From the IMG/VR virus record IMGVR_UViG_3300037458_000975: a stretch of DNA of 49,355 nucleotides; one strand, written 5' to 3'. The notes beneath the pieces were generated by a model that saw nothing but the letters and a program-made list of their open reading frames with translations, searched no databases and was not told the origin of the DNA. The translations under genes were made by a program, and so were the position numbers. Shown one piece after another: positions 7,485-15,431 of this stretch (positions are counted from its first letter, which is position 1; each line of letters starts with the position of its first letter). This DNA is from a virus.

Positions 7485-7681
7485 CCCGCCGAGGCCGTCG
7501 CCCCAAGACCATCCCCACTCACCGAATGGAGATCTGGATGCCGGAGGATCTCATGGCACGCTTCAACCTGCTGTTCCTCGACCCCTTGACCGGCCGACTC
7601 CGCACCGGGGAGCGCTCCGCGCTCGTCGAGCAGCTCGTCCGGGACTACCTCTCCTCCCTCGCAAAGGACCCACAGCAATGA
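7481..7681 (+). CDS. putative ribbon-helix-helix DNA-binding protein (66 aa)
   Basis: A basic N-terminus is followed by a beta-strand-like HRMEIWMPEDL and two helices (MARFNLL; SALVEQLVRDYL), the pattern of Arc/MetJ/CopG folds. Confidence 0.4.
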   Translation: MTRRGRRPKTIPTHRMEIWMPEDLMARFNLLFLDPLTGRLRTGERSALVEQLVRDYLSSLAKDPQQ

Positions 7682-7920
7682 AGTACGTCCCCCTCGAAAC
7701 CCTGAACCAGCACCTCACCCGCCGTGGCTGGTCCGACGAAGACCCGATCAAGATCGAGATCCAGGCGCTTGCCGTCGATCTCCGGCAAAAGCCGAACGAG
7801 CTCCCGGACTTGCTCCGCCAGGCAGCGAAGTGGGAGATCCCCAACGGCTATGTTGAACGGCTGTTGCTTCTAACTGCCGACGCGATCGAGCTCATGCGGG
7901 AAGAGATCAACCGGAAGTAA
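7678..7920 (+). CDS. hypothetical protein (80 aa)
   Basis: ATGA overlap at 7678. This is the last gene before the terminator at 7988-8038. Confidence 0.55.
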   Translation: MKYVPLETLNQHLTRRGWSDEDPIKIEIQALAVDLRQKPNELPDLLRQAAKWEIPNGYVERLLLLTADAIELMREEINRK

Positions 7921-7923
7921 TGG

Positions 7924-7952
7924 TTGCCCCCTGAACCATGTTGTGCGATAAT
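7924..7952 (+). promoter_or_regulatory. sigma70-like promoter (TTGCCC-17-GATAAT, TGn)
   Basis: -35 at 7924-7929 and tgc+gataat at 7944-7952. It sits between the stop at 7920 and the terminator at 7988. Confidence 0.4.
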
Positions 7953-7987
7953 CAATCCACGTCGCGAGCTGTTGAGCCCGCGGTGTG

Positions 7988-8038
7988 CCGCCTCCAGCCG
8001 GGTTTCCCTCCGTTCCCCGGCTGGAGAGCGGTTTTTTT
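7988..8038 (+). terminator. strong rho-independent terminator
   Basis: ccgc-ctccagccgg ... ccggctggag-a-gcgg forms a 14-bp stem with one bulged A, followed directly by T7. Confidence 0.8.
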
Positions 8039-8058
8039 AACGGGGGAGGAGCGAAGAA

Positions 8059-8301
8059 ATGACTGTCCCTGTTGAACCGCTGTCGCCAGCGGAGATGGAA
8101 GCCTACCGTACCCGGGTGCTCGCGGGGGAGTATATCCCCCCGGAAGAGGCCGCCCGCATCATCGCCACGCTCCGGGCGGGCCGGCTGACCGCCGCCGCCG
8201 CGTCGAAGGCGAAGAAGGCAGCAAAAACCTCCGGCGCCACGACGTTTGATCAGGCGGCGGCCGAGGCCGAACTCGACGACCTGCTCGGGCCGGATCTCTG
8301 A
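8059..8301 (+). CDS. hypothetical protein (80 aa)
   Basis: GGAGGAG RBS 7 nt upstream. It is the first gene of the replication/recombination module. Confidence 0.6.
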   Translation: MTVPVEPLSPAEMEAYRTRVLAGEYIPPEEAARIIATLRAGRLTAAAASKAKKAAKTSGATTFDQAAAEAELDDLLGPDL

Positions 8302-8322
8302 CCACAACCAAGGAACCGAACC

Positions 8323-9231
8323 ATGCCCTTCCCCACCGTCATCGACAACACTATCCGCGAAGCCTTCTTCACCTGCCCAACCAAGGCCCGCTATTCCTTC
8401 ATCGACAACCTCGCCTCCCCCACGCCGTCCGTCCACCTCCACGCTGGCGGAGCGTTCGCCGCCGGGCTCGAGCGTGCCCGCCGGGCCTTCTACGCCGAGG
8501 GCAAGCCCGAAGCCGACGCGGAGAAGGAGGGGATCGAAACCCTGATCCGGGTCTACGGCGACTTCGAAGCCCCGGACTACGGCTCCGGCTCGAACAAGAC
8601 GGTCTTTCGGATGATGGAGGCGCTCGCCTCCTACTTCGCCCAATACCCCATGTCCCAGGACCGAATCAAGCCCTTCTTCGCCCCGAACGGGGAGCCCGCG
8701 GTGGAGTTCACCTTCACCTTCGAGATCCCCGGCATCGCCCATCCCGAGACGGGCGACCCCCTGCTGTACGCCGGCAGGTTCGACATGCTCGGAGTCCGGG
8801 ACGACGTGCTGTTCGTCGTCGATGAGAAAACGACCACCTCCCTCGGCGCACAGTGGACCCAACAGTGGGACCTCAATTCCCAGTTCACCGGGTACTGCGC
8901 TGCTGCCCGGGAGTATGGCTATCCCGTCGCCGGCGCTATCATCCGCGGCATCGGCATCCTCAAGACCGAGATCAAGCACCAGCAAGCCGTGATCTACCGG
9001 CCGCAGTGGATGATTGATCGCTGGTTCACCCAGCTCCGCCGAGACGTGCTGCGGATGATAGAGGCATACGAGAACGACACCTGGGACTTCGCCCTCGGCT
9101 CCGCCTGCTCCGCCTACGGCGGGTGTGGCTTCAAGCAGCTCTGCCTGTCGAACGAGCCGGAGCGGTGGATCGAGGGGAATTTCGCCCGGCGGGATTGGAA
9201 TCCTTTGGCCCGGGGAGATTCCGACTCATGA
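8323..9231 (+). CDS. PD-(D/E)XK nuclease, Cas4/RecB-like exonuclease with 4-Cys cluster
   Basis: Motifs GRFDML, VVDEKTT (D..ExK) and QFTGY (QxxxY). There is one N-terminal Cys (FFTCPTK) plus a C-terminal C-x5-C-x5-C (CSAYGGCGFKQLC). Confidence 0.7.
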   Translation: MPFPTVIDNTIREAFFTCPTKARYSFIDNLASPTPSVHLHAGGAFAAGLERARRAFYAEGKPEADAEKEGIETLIRVYGDFEAPDYGSGSNKTVFRMMEALASYFAQYPMSQDRIKPFFAPNGEPAVEFTFTFEIPGIAHPETGDPLLYAGRFDMLGVRDDVLFVVDEKTTTSLGAQWTQQWDLNSQFTGYCAAAREYGYPVAGAIIRGIGILKTEIKHQQAVIYRPQWMIDRWFTQLRRDVLRMIEAYENDTWDFALGSACSAYGGCGFKQLCLSNEPERWIEGNFARRDWNPLARGDSDS

Positions 9232-9530
9232 GAACCATCTGGTACGTCGGCTCCCACGTGATCGCGGAAGCCGACATCGAGTGGCCCTGGCTCCAGCCGG
9301 ACTCCATCGCCTACGGCTGCCCGCATTGCGGCGAGATCTGGGCCCGCAAGCACATCCTCGGGAGCGAGCGCTGGGTCTTCCCCTGCGCACCCTGTCCGAG
9401 CTGCCCCCCGTACTACGACCACTTCCCGGGCTCGCTCCTCGTGGGCGAACTCGCTTTCAGCGACAGGCTGCCGCCCGAGCTTTTCGCGTATGAACTATCC
9501 ACCTGGGCGAGAAACGGAGCAACAGAATGA
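9228..9530 (+). CDS. small zinc-finger-like protein (100 aa)
   Basis: ATGA overlap at 9228. It has CPHC and CAPCPSC motifs. Confidence 0.55.
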   Translation: MRTIWYVGSHVIAEADIEWPWLQPDSIAYGCPHCGEIWARKHILGSERWVFPCAPCPSCPPYYDHFPGSLLVGELAFSDRLPPELFAYELSTWARNGATE

Positions 9531-9931
9531 TCTGGCAAACGATCCGGGGAGTTTCTTTCCAGATCAGTCCAGAAGATCTCTCGATCGTATCCGGGGCTCG
9601 TTGGTCTCTGGACCCAAAAGGATATGTAAGGACTACTGAGTATAGGCCGAGGTTACTCCACCGGATTCTGATTCCAGAAGTTCCGGTTGGGTTCTGCGTG
9701 GACCACATCAACTGGGATAAGCTCGACAACAGGCGGGAAAATCTCCGAGTTATTTCCTTTCGGGAGAACAATCTCAACCACAAAAATCTGTTTGCCGGCG
9801 TCTCCTTTCACAAAGCCAGCGGGAAGTGGCGAGCCTACGCTTACTACTACAAGAAACAAATCTCTCTGGGACTTTTCAACACCTATCAAGAGGCTCTCCA
9901 TGCTCGCCAACAATACAGTCCCCGGACCTAA
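9527..9931 (+). CDS. HNH homing endonuclease with AP2-type DNA-binding domain
   Basis: VDHINWDKLDNRRENLRVIS...N..N is an HNH motif. GVSFHKASGKWRAYAYYYKKQISLGLFNTYQEA is AP2-like. GC is visibly lower than in the flanks. Confidence 0.8.
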   Translation: MIWQTIRGVSFQISPEDLSIVSGARWSLDPKGYVRTTEYRPRLLHRILIPEVPVGFCVDHINWDKLDNRRENLRVISFRENNLNHKNLFAGVSFHKASGKWRAYAYYYKKQISLGLFNTYQEALHARQQYSPRT

Positions 9932-10709
9932 AATTCTTCTCATCGGTCCTTCAGGAGCCGGGAAAACATATTCCATCAGAACTTTGGTGGAAGCTGGACT
10001 CGAAGTCTTTGTGATCTTCACCGAACCCGGTCAAGAGGTCCTCGCGGACCTTCCCGCGGACAAACTGCATTGGCACTACTTCCCGCCGAAGGCGCAGTCA
10101 TTCGCCGACTTCGGCAAGTCGATGGAGATGCAGCAGAAGTTGTCGTTCGAAGCCCTGACCAAGATGACCGACTCCGCCAAGGCCGACGAGTCCCAGTTCC
10201 TCGACGTGATCGGGTGCCTCGCGAACTTCACCGACCAGCGCACAGGCAAGGCCTTCGGCCCGGTCGAAGCCTTCGGGCCGGATCGCTGCATCGTGCTGGA
10301 CTCGTGGACCGGGCTCTCCTCGATGTCGATGTCCAGCGTCGTTGGCAACAAGCCTGTCCCATCCCCTGGCGAGTGGGGACTCGCGATGAAGAAGCTCGAC
10401 ACCTTCATGACGATGTTCTCGACCGGGCTGTCCTGCACCGGTGTAGTGATCGGCCACGTCGAGCGGGAGGTTGACGAGATCTCCGGCGGGATCAAGCTGA
10501 TGGTCTCCACCCTCGGCAAAAAGCTCGCCCCGATCCTTCCCCGCTACTTTTCCGAGTGCATCTACGCCAAGCGGGATGGCGCGAAGTTCCTCTGGTCCAC
10601 CGCGGACGTTGCTGTGGACACCAAGGCTCGCGCCCTCCCGATCTCGGACAAGCTCGACCCGACCTTCCGGCCGATCATCGAGCGCTGGCGTACCACCCTC
10701 AAACCATGA
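9900..10709 (+). CDS. RecA-fold P-loop ATPase (AAA_24/Sak4-like)
   Basis: Walker A is LLIGPSGAGKT and Walker B-like is CIVLDSWTGLS. The ATG at 9900 lies in frame with ORF 9687..10709 and overlaps the HNH gene by 32 nt. Confidence 0.65.
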   Translation: MLANNTVPGPKILLIGPSGAGKTYSIRTLVEAGLEVFVIFTEPGQEVLADLPADKLHWHYFPPKAQSFADFGKSMEMQQKLSFEALTKMTDSAKADESQFLDVIGCLANFTDQRTGKAFGPVEAFGPDRCIVLDSWTGLSSMSMSSVVGNKPVPSPGEWGLAMKKLDTFMTMFSTGLSCTGVVIGHVEREVDEISGGIKLMVSTLGKKLAPILPRYFSECIYAKRDGAKFLWSTADVAVDTKARALPISDKLDPTFRPIIERWRTTLKP

Positions 10710-10924
10710 CCATTGACTACTGCGACACAACGGAGGAAATCATGTCGTTCACTTCCCACGAAGCCGAGCAGCAAGGCCCATTTTACATCTACTTGGTCTC
10801 CATCCAGTGCACCGATCCCCAGGACATCCTCGATCTGGCCCGCTACCTGCGCGAGGACCCGTCCGGCCGCTTCTCCGAGCTCGCTGTCTCGCTCGAAGCC
10901 GCGGTCGGGCAAGGCCAGGACTAA
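10706..10924 (+). CDS. small acidic protein (72 aa)
   Basis: ATGA overlap at 10706. Confidence 0.5.
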   Translation: MTIDYCDTTEEIMSFTSHEAEQQGPFYIYLVSIQCTDPQDILDLARYLREDPSGRFSELAVSLEAAVGQGQD

Positions 10925-10951
10925 CCCTCAACCACAGCAAAGGACCATACC

Positions 10952-11380
10952 ATGTCTTTCGACACCGCAGCCTTCATGAACGCCTCCTTCACCGGCGCTA
11001 ACGAAACCCGCTTCCCGGTCGTCCCGGCGGGCGAGTACCTCGCCGTGGCCAAGCAGGTCGATATCCGGACCCCGAAGGAGTCCGTGATCCTCGATATCCG
11101 CTGGGCCGTGGATGACGCCGGGGTTAAGGAGGAGACCGGCCTCGATGAGCCCACCGTGCGGCAGTCCATCTTCCTCGACATGAACGAGAGCGGTGGGCTG
11201 GCTCTCGGCAAGGGGAAGAACGTCCAGCTCGGGAAGCTCCGCGAAGCCCTCGGCCTCAACGACCCGGCGAAGGCGTTCTCGTTCGCCCAGATCGTCGGCC
11301 GTCCGGCGCGGATCGCTGTCATCCACGACATGTATAACAACGAGCCGCAGGCGAAGGTCAAGGCCGTAACGAAGGCCTAA
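10952..11380 (+). CDS. putative ssDNA-binding protein (DUF669-like)
   Basis: Its size, its position right after a Sak4-like ATPase, and the N-terminal F..a.f....e.r..v.PaGeY pattern are typical of DUF669 phage proteins. This rests on memory, not a search. Confidence 0.45.
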   Translation: MSFDTAAFMNASFTGANETRFPVVPAGEYLAVAKQVDIRTPKESVILDIRWAVDDAGVKEETGLDEPTVRQSIFLDMNESGGLALGKGKNVQLGKLREALGLNDPAKAFSFAQIVGRPARIAVIHDMYNNEPQAKVKAVTKA

Positions 11381-11394
11381 CCGCAACGCAGTTC

Positions 11395-11424
11395 GGAAGC
11401 CCCGCAACTCGGGGCTTCCTTTTT
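11395..11424 (+). terminator. rho-independent terminator
   Basis: ggaagccccg-caact-cggggcttcc forms a 10-bp stem, followed by T5. Confidence 0.8.
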
Positions 11425-11441
11425 CCCATCGGAGCTACCTG

Positions 11442-12755
11442 ATGCACTCCATCGACCCCATCTCCATCCGCGTCAGCGAGGATCGCCAGCGCACTGCGAT
11501 TGACCCCGGTCGCCTGAAGGAACTCGCCGACTCCATCGCGGAGCACGGCCTGCTGCACGCGATCGTTCTCGAACCGCTACCCGACGGCCGCTCGTTCCAG
11601 TTGATCGCCGGCGAGCGCCGCCTCCGCGCGATGCAGATGTTGCTCGGCCAAGGCCACACCATCCGCTACAACGCGCACGATTTCCCTCCGGGGCAGGTCC
11701 CTGCCGTCCTGATCACCGAGCTCTCCGAGATCGCCCGGCAGGAGGTCGAGCTCGCGGAGAACACCATCCGGGTAGATCTGCCCTGGCAGGACCGAGCTGC
11801 CGCAATCGCCCGCCTCCACGCCCTCCGGCAGCGCCAGAATCCCTCCCACACCATGCGGCAGACCGCCCGCGAGATCGGGCCGAACCCCCAGGTCGAGAAC
11901 GTCGCTACCGCTCCCGTATCCGAGGCGATCATCCTCGCCCGGCACCTGGACGATCCAGACGTCGCCGCCGCGAAGTCCTCGAAGGACGCCCTGAAGATTG
12001 TCCGCCGCAAGGCCGACGCCGAGCGCCGGATTGAACTCGCCAAGACCTTCGACCTCGACCGGGTGCCTCATACCTTGATCCAAGGAGACGCCGCCAGTGT
12101 CCTTCCTACGCTCCCTGATGGCACGTTTGATGTCATCCTCACCGACCCGCCCTACGGAATCGACGCAGACTCCTTCGGCGACCAGTCCGGACTCGGCCAC
12201 CACTACGACGACTCCCTCGCCACCTGGGAGCGACTCATGGATATCCTCGCTGATGAGGGGTTCCGAGTCACCAAGCCTCACGCCCACTGCTATGTTTTCT
12301 GCGACCCGCGCCGGTTCGACTCCCTCTCCGAGCGCTTCTCCCTCGCAGGCTGGATCTGCTGGCCAACCCCCCTCATCTGGATCAAGAACACTGGAATGCT
12401 CCCTCGACCTGATTACGGTCCTCGCCGGACCTACGAGACCCTACTCTTCGCTCGAAAAGGCGACCGTCGAGTTGTCAGCGTCCAACCCGATACACTTGTG
12501 TATCCTGCTGAACGAAATCTTCAGCATGGAGCTCAAAAGCCAGTTTCTGTCTACGTTGACCTCCTCCGCCGATCGGTTTATCCGGGAGATAAAGTTCTCG
12601 ACCCCTTCTGCGGAAGTGGTACTGTATTTCCCACAGCCAATTTGTGTCGCTGTGTTGCTACAGGTATTGAACTCAACCCCGACTTCGCCGCCCTCGCCAC
12701 CCTCCGCATGAAGGAGGAGCCCGGCACCGACGACGATCTGGACATCGACCTATGA
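11442..12755 (+). CDS. ParB-like N-terminal domain fused to beta-class DNA methyltransferase (N6-A or N4-C)
   Basis: ParB box GLLHAIVLE...LIAGERRLRA. MTase motif IV is ILTDPPYGI, with motif I VLDPFCGSGT C-terminal to it (beta permutation). Confidence 0.85.
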   Translation: MHSIDPISIRVSEDRQRTAIDPGRLKELADSIAEHGLLHAIVLEPLPDGRSFQLIAGERRLRAMQMLLGQGHTIRYNAHDFPPGQVPAVLITELSEIARQEVELAENTIRVDLPWQDRAAAIARLHALRQRQNPSHTMRQTAREIGPNPQVENVATAPVSEAIILARHLDDPDVAAAKSSKDALKIVRRKADAERRIELAKTFDLDRVPHTLIQGDAASVLPTLPDGTFDVILTDPPYGIDADSFGDQSGLGHHYDDSLATWERLMDILADEGFRVTKPHAHCYVFCDPRRFDSLSERFSLAGWICWPTPLIWIKNTGMLPRPDYGPRRTYETLLFARKGDRRVVSVQPDTLVYPAERNLQHGAQKPVSVYVDLLRRSVYPGDKVLDPFCGSGTVFPTANLCRCVATGIELNPDFAALATLRMKEEPGTDDDLDIDL

Positions 12756-13090
12756 CTCCCGTCCGGCAGGGTTGGATCTACCTCCCTTGGTGGCTCGACC
12801 GGGATTCGCTGTCCGACATCCTCGAGCAGGCCGTTGTCGTGCGGCACGTCGATATCCCTCACGAGCGCCGCACCGCCTTCCTGATCGAGCACCCGGACCT
12901 CATCCTGACCGAGAGCACCTCCTACACCAAGTACAACGTCAGCCTCTCGTCCGGCGGGAAAGTCCGCTTCACCCTGTCCGGTGCGCGGGATGGCCGCTTC
13001 ACCCTTGGAGTCCGTAATGAGAAAAGTGAACAGCTCCGGCCCGACACCAGCCCGAATCCTCCTGGTCGGGGAAGCTCCGGGGGAGAATGA
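12752..13090 (+). CDS. hypothetical protein (112 aa)
   Basis: ATGA overlap at 12752. The 3' 74 nt overlap the polymerase start, so the true C-terminus or the reality of the tail is uncertain. Confidence 0.4.
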   Translation: MTPVRQGWIYLPWWLDRDSLSDILEQAVVVRHVDIPHERRTAFLIEHPDLILTESTSYTKYNVSLSSGGKVRFTLSGARDGRFTLGVRNEKSEQLRPDTSPNPPGRGSSGGE

Positions 13091-15431
13091 GGGGTCCCGC
13101 GGTGAGCCCTTCGTCGGGACCTCGGACTGGTTCCTCGACGGGATGCTGCACGACGCGGGCATCCTGCGGACGGAGTGCAGGCTGACAAACGTCGTCCGCT
13201 ATCGTCCGCCGGGCAACGACCTCACCCAATGGCTCACCCCCAAGAAGAAAGATGCACTCGAGCGCGGCCTGCCGCATTTCGCGGACGGCCTCTGGTACAA
13301 CGACATCGTCGCGGAGGGACTTAATGAACTCGCGCAGGAAATCAAGGAATGCCAGCCGAACGTCATCATCGGCTTTGGCAACACCCCGCTTTGGGCGCTC
13401 ACCGGCAAGACCGGAATCGGCAACTGGCGCGGCTCGGAGCTTGCAACGCGGCAAGGCCCGAAGGCAGTCGTCACCTACCATCCGGCAGGAGTTCTTCGTC
13501 AGTACGAGTGGCGACCCCAGGTCGTGGCCGACCTTCGGCGTGGACTACGCGAAGCAGAGCGACGAGACCTGGTGGTGCCACCTTACGACTTCCTCCTCCG
13601 TCCCACCCTCGCCACCGTTGTCGAGTGGCTCTCCCGCCTCCGCGACCGACTGGCTGTGGGACAGCTTCGACTGTCCGTGGACATCGAAACTCGCCTGGGC
13701 CATATTGCTTGTATTGGTATTGCTGACAGTCGCCACCACGCCCTCTGCATCCCCCTGCTGTGCCTAGAGGACGCCGCGGGCTACTGGTCCGCCGACGACG
13801 AGGTCGCGATCTATCCGCTGCTTCGCGAGGTCCTGACCCACCCGAACGCTCGCATCGTCGGGCAGAACTTCCTCTACGACGCCCAGTACTTCGCCCGCCA
13901 CCTCTACTACATCCCCCGCTGCACCGACGACACGATGCTGATGCAGCATCTCGCCTTTCCCGGATCGCAAAAGTCCCTTGCCTACCTCGCCTCCCTTTAC
14001 TGCGAGCACTACACCTTCTGGAAAGAGGACGGCAAGCTGTGGGACCCGCGCTACATGTCCGAAGACCAGCTCTGGCGCTATAATTGCCTAACAGGGGACA
14101 CACTTATTCTCGACGCTCTCTGCAGCTGGAAAAGGCTCGATACAGTGTCCATCGGTGACGCGCTTCTCGCCTTTGACGAAGAGCCGACAGGAGCGCGCTA
14201 CGCCAGAAAGCTTTCAATAGCATTTGTCACAAACAAGAAAGCAAGTGTTAAACCGACAGTTAAAATCACACTTCGCAATGGTACAACACTGCAAGGGACA
14301 AAAGACCATAAAGTTATGGTTCAAAAAGAGAAGAAATCCGGGCGCTTTATCGGGGTTGAGTGGAAAGAACTTGGGGAGCTTGTGGTTGGCGAGCGCGTGC
14401 TTTCAATTGGACGCCCCTGGGAAAAAGATGATACCTTTTCTGGGGGTTGGTTAGCTGGCATATACGATGGAGAAGGAACCATTGGCGCCAGTTATCAAGA
14501 CGGAAATCACCATTTTCCCAGGATAGGATTTTCACAAAAAGCCGGACGTGTACTGCAACAAGCAGTAGAAACTCTCGAAGCCGCTGGTTTCTCCCTTCGA
14601 GTAGTAGACAAGGGAACAGCGGTTTACGTAGACATCAACGGCGGGCTGGCTGAAAATCTACGTCTCCTTGGAACCTTTCCAACGGTGCGCCTGCAAAACA
14701 CCTTCCTAAAAGGAGCCATGGAACATGGTTGGAGTGGGTTTACACAGATTACTCGACAGGAAGTCCGCAGCATCGAACCTGCTGGAGAAGAAACAGTTTA
14801 CGACATTACTACAACCAGTGGAACTTTTATCGCCAATGGAGTAGTAGTACATAACTGCGAGGACGCTGTCCGCACCTACGAATGCGCGGAGGAGCTCGAT
14901 AAAATCCTTGACACCTTGCAATTCCGGGAGCATTATGTTCACCAAATGCGCCTGTGGCAGGCCACCCTCCGCACCATGCTTCGGGGAGTGCGGATCGACC
15001 AGGGCAGAAAGAACCGACTCGCGATGGAACTGATCGAGGCCGCGGACATCCGCCAGAAGCAGATCAACCTCATCGTGGGGCATGAGCTGAATTGCCGCTC
15101 CCCCCTGCAGATGCGGAAGCTCTTCTACGACGACCTCAAGCTGCCGGAGGTCCATCATCGGAAGTCCGGCAACGTCACGCTGGACGACAAGGCACTCGAG
15201 TCCCTCGCCGGAAAGCAGCCCCTGATCCGGCCGCTCGTTGAGCGCATCCAGCAGCTCCGCTCGATCGGGGTCTTCCTTTCGACCTTCGTCCAGTCCCGCC
15301 TCGACACGGACAACCGAATGCGCTGCTCGTTCAACCCGACCGGGACGGAGACCTTTCGGTTCTCCAGCTCGGAGAACGCGTTCGGGAGCGGCACGAACCT
15401 ACAAAACCTGCCGAAGGGAGATGAGGAATGA
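13017..15431 (+). CDS. DNA polymerase, family A, part 1: UDG-like domain + 3'-5' exonuclease + N-terminal polymerase region (contains intein)
   Basis: The ATG at 13017 has GGAG 6 nt upstream. UDG family-4 motifs: LVGEAPGENE, PFVG, NVVRYRPPGN, YHPAG. Exo I is VDIET and Exo II is GQNFLYDAQY. Exo III (Y-N-[intein]-C-E-D) is interrupted. The ORF ends just after the TGR.SS/NLQNLP motif. Confidence 0.9.
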   Translation: MRKVNSSGPTPARILLVGEAPGENEGSRGEPFVGTSDWFLDGMLHDAGILRTECRLTNVVRYRPPGNDLTQWLTPKKKDALERGLPHFADGLWYNDIVAEGLNELAQEIKECQPNVIIGFGNTPLWALTGKTGIGNWRGSELATRQGPKAVVTYHPAGVLRQYEWRPQVVADLRRGLREAERRDLVVPPYDFLLRPTLATVVEWLSRLRDRLAVGQLRLSVDIETRLGHIACIGIADSRHHALCIPLLCLEDAAGYWSADDEVAIYPLLREVLTHPNARIVGQNFLYDAQYFARHLYYIPRCTDDTMLMQHLAFPGSQKSLAYLASLYCEHYTFWKEDGKLWDPRYMSEDQLWRYNCLTGDTLILDALCSWKRLDTVSIGDALLAFDEEPTGARYARKLSIAFVTNKKASVKPTVKITLRNGTTLQGTKDHKVMVQKEKKSGRFIGVEWKELGELVVGERVLSIGRPWEKDDTFSGGWLAGIYDGEGTIGASYQDGNHHFPRIGFSQKAGRVLQQAVETLEAAGFSLRVVDKGTAVYVDINGGLAENLRLLGTFPTVRLQNTFLKGAMEHGWSGFTQITRQEVRSIEPAGEETVYDITTTSGTFIANGVVVHNCEDAVRTYECAEELDKILDTLQFREHYVHQMRLWQATLRTMLRGVRIDQGRKNRLAMELIEAADIRQKQINLIVGHELNCRSPLQMRKLFYDDLKLPEVHHRKSGNVTLDDKALESLAGKQPLIRPLVERIQQLRSIGVFLSTFVQSRLDTDNRMRCSFNPTGTETFRFSSSENAFGSGTNLQNLPKGDEE
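14085..14855 (+). mobile_element. intein (257 aa) with a single LAGLIDADG motif
   Basis: It begins at Cys (CLTGDTLI, block A) and has block B TKDH. The LAGLIDADG motif is WLAGIYDGEGTIG. It ends VYDITTTSGTFIANGVVVHN, followed by a +1 Cys. Sampled GC is about 37-45%, against about 62% in the flanks. Confidence 0.85.

Noticed and set aside
7870-8985. 371-aa minus-strand ORF opposite the exonuclease region
   Set aside because: It is Gly/Arg/Glu-rich low complexity, antisense to well-supported plus-strand genes (the Cas4-like motifs), and crosses the terminator at 7988-8038.
12981-13016. GTG start at 12981 (or ATG at 12990) for the polymerase
   Set aside because: The ATG at 13017 has a GGAG 6 nt upstream and leaves the UDG motif intact. 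The longer versions only increase the overlap with 12752..13090.
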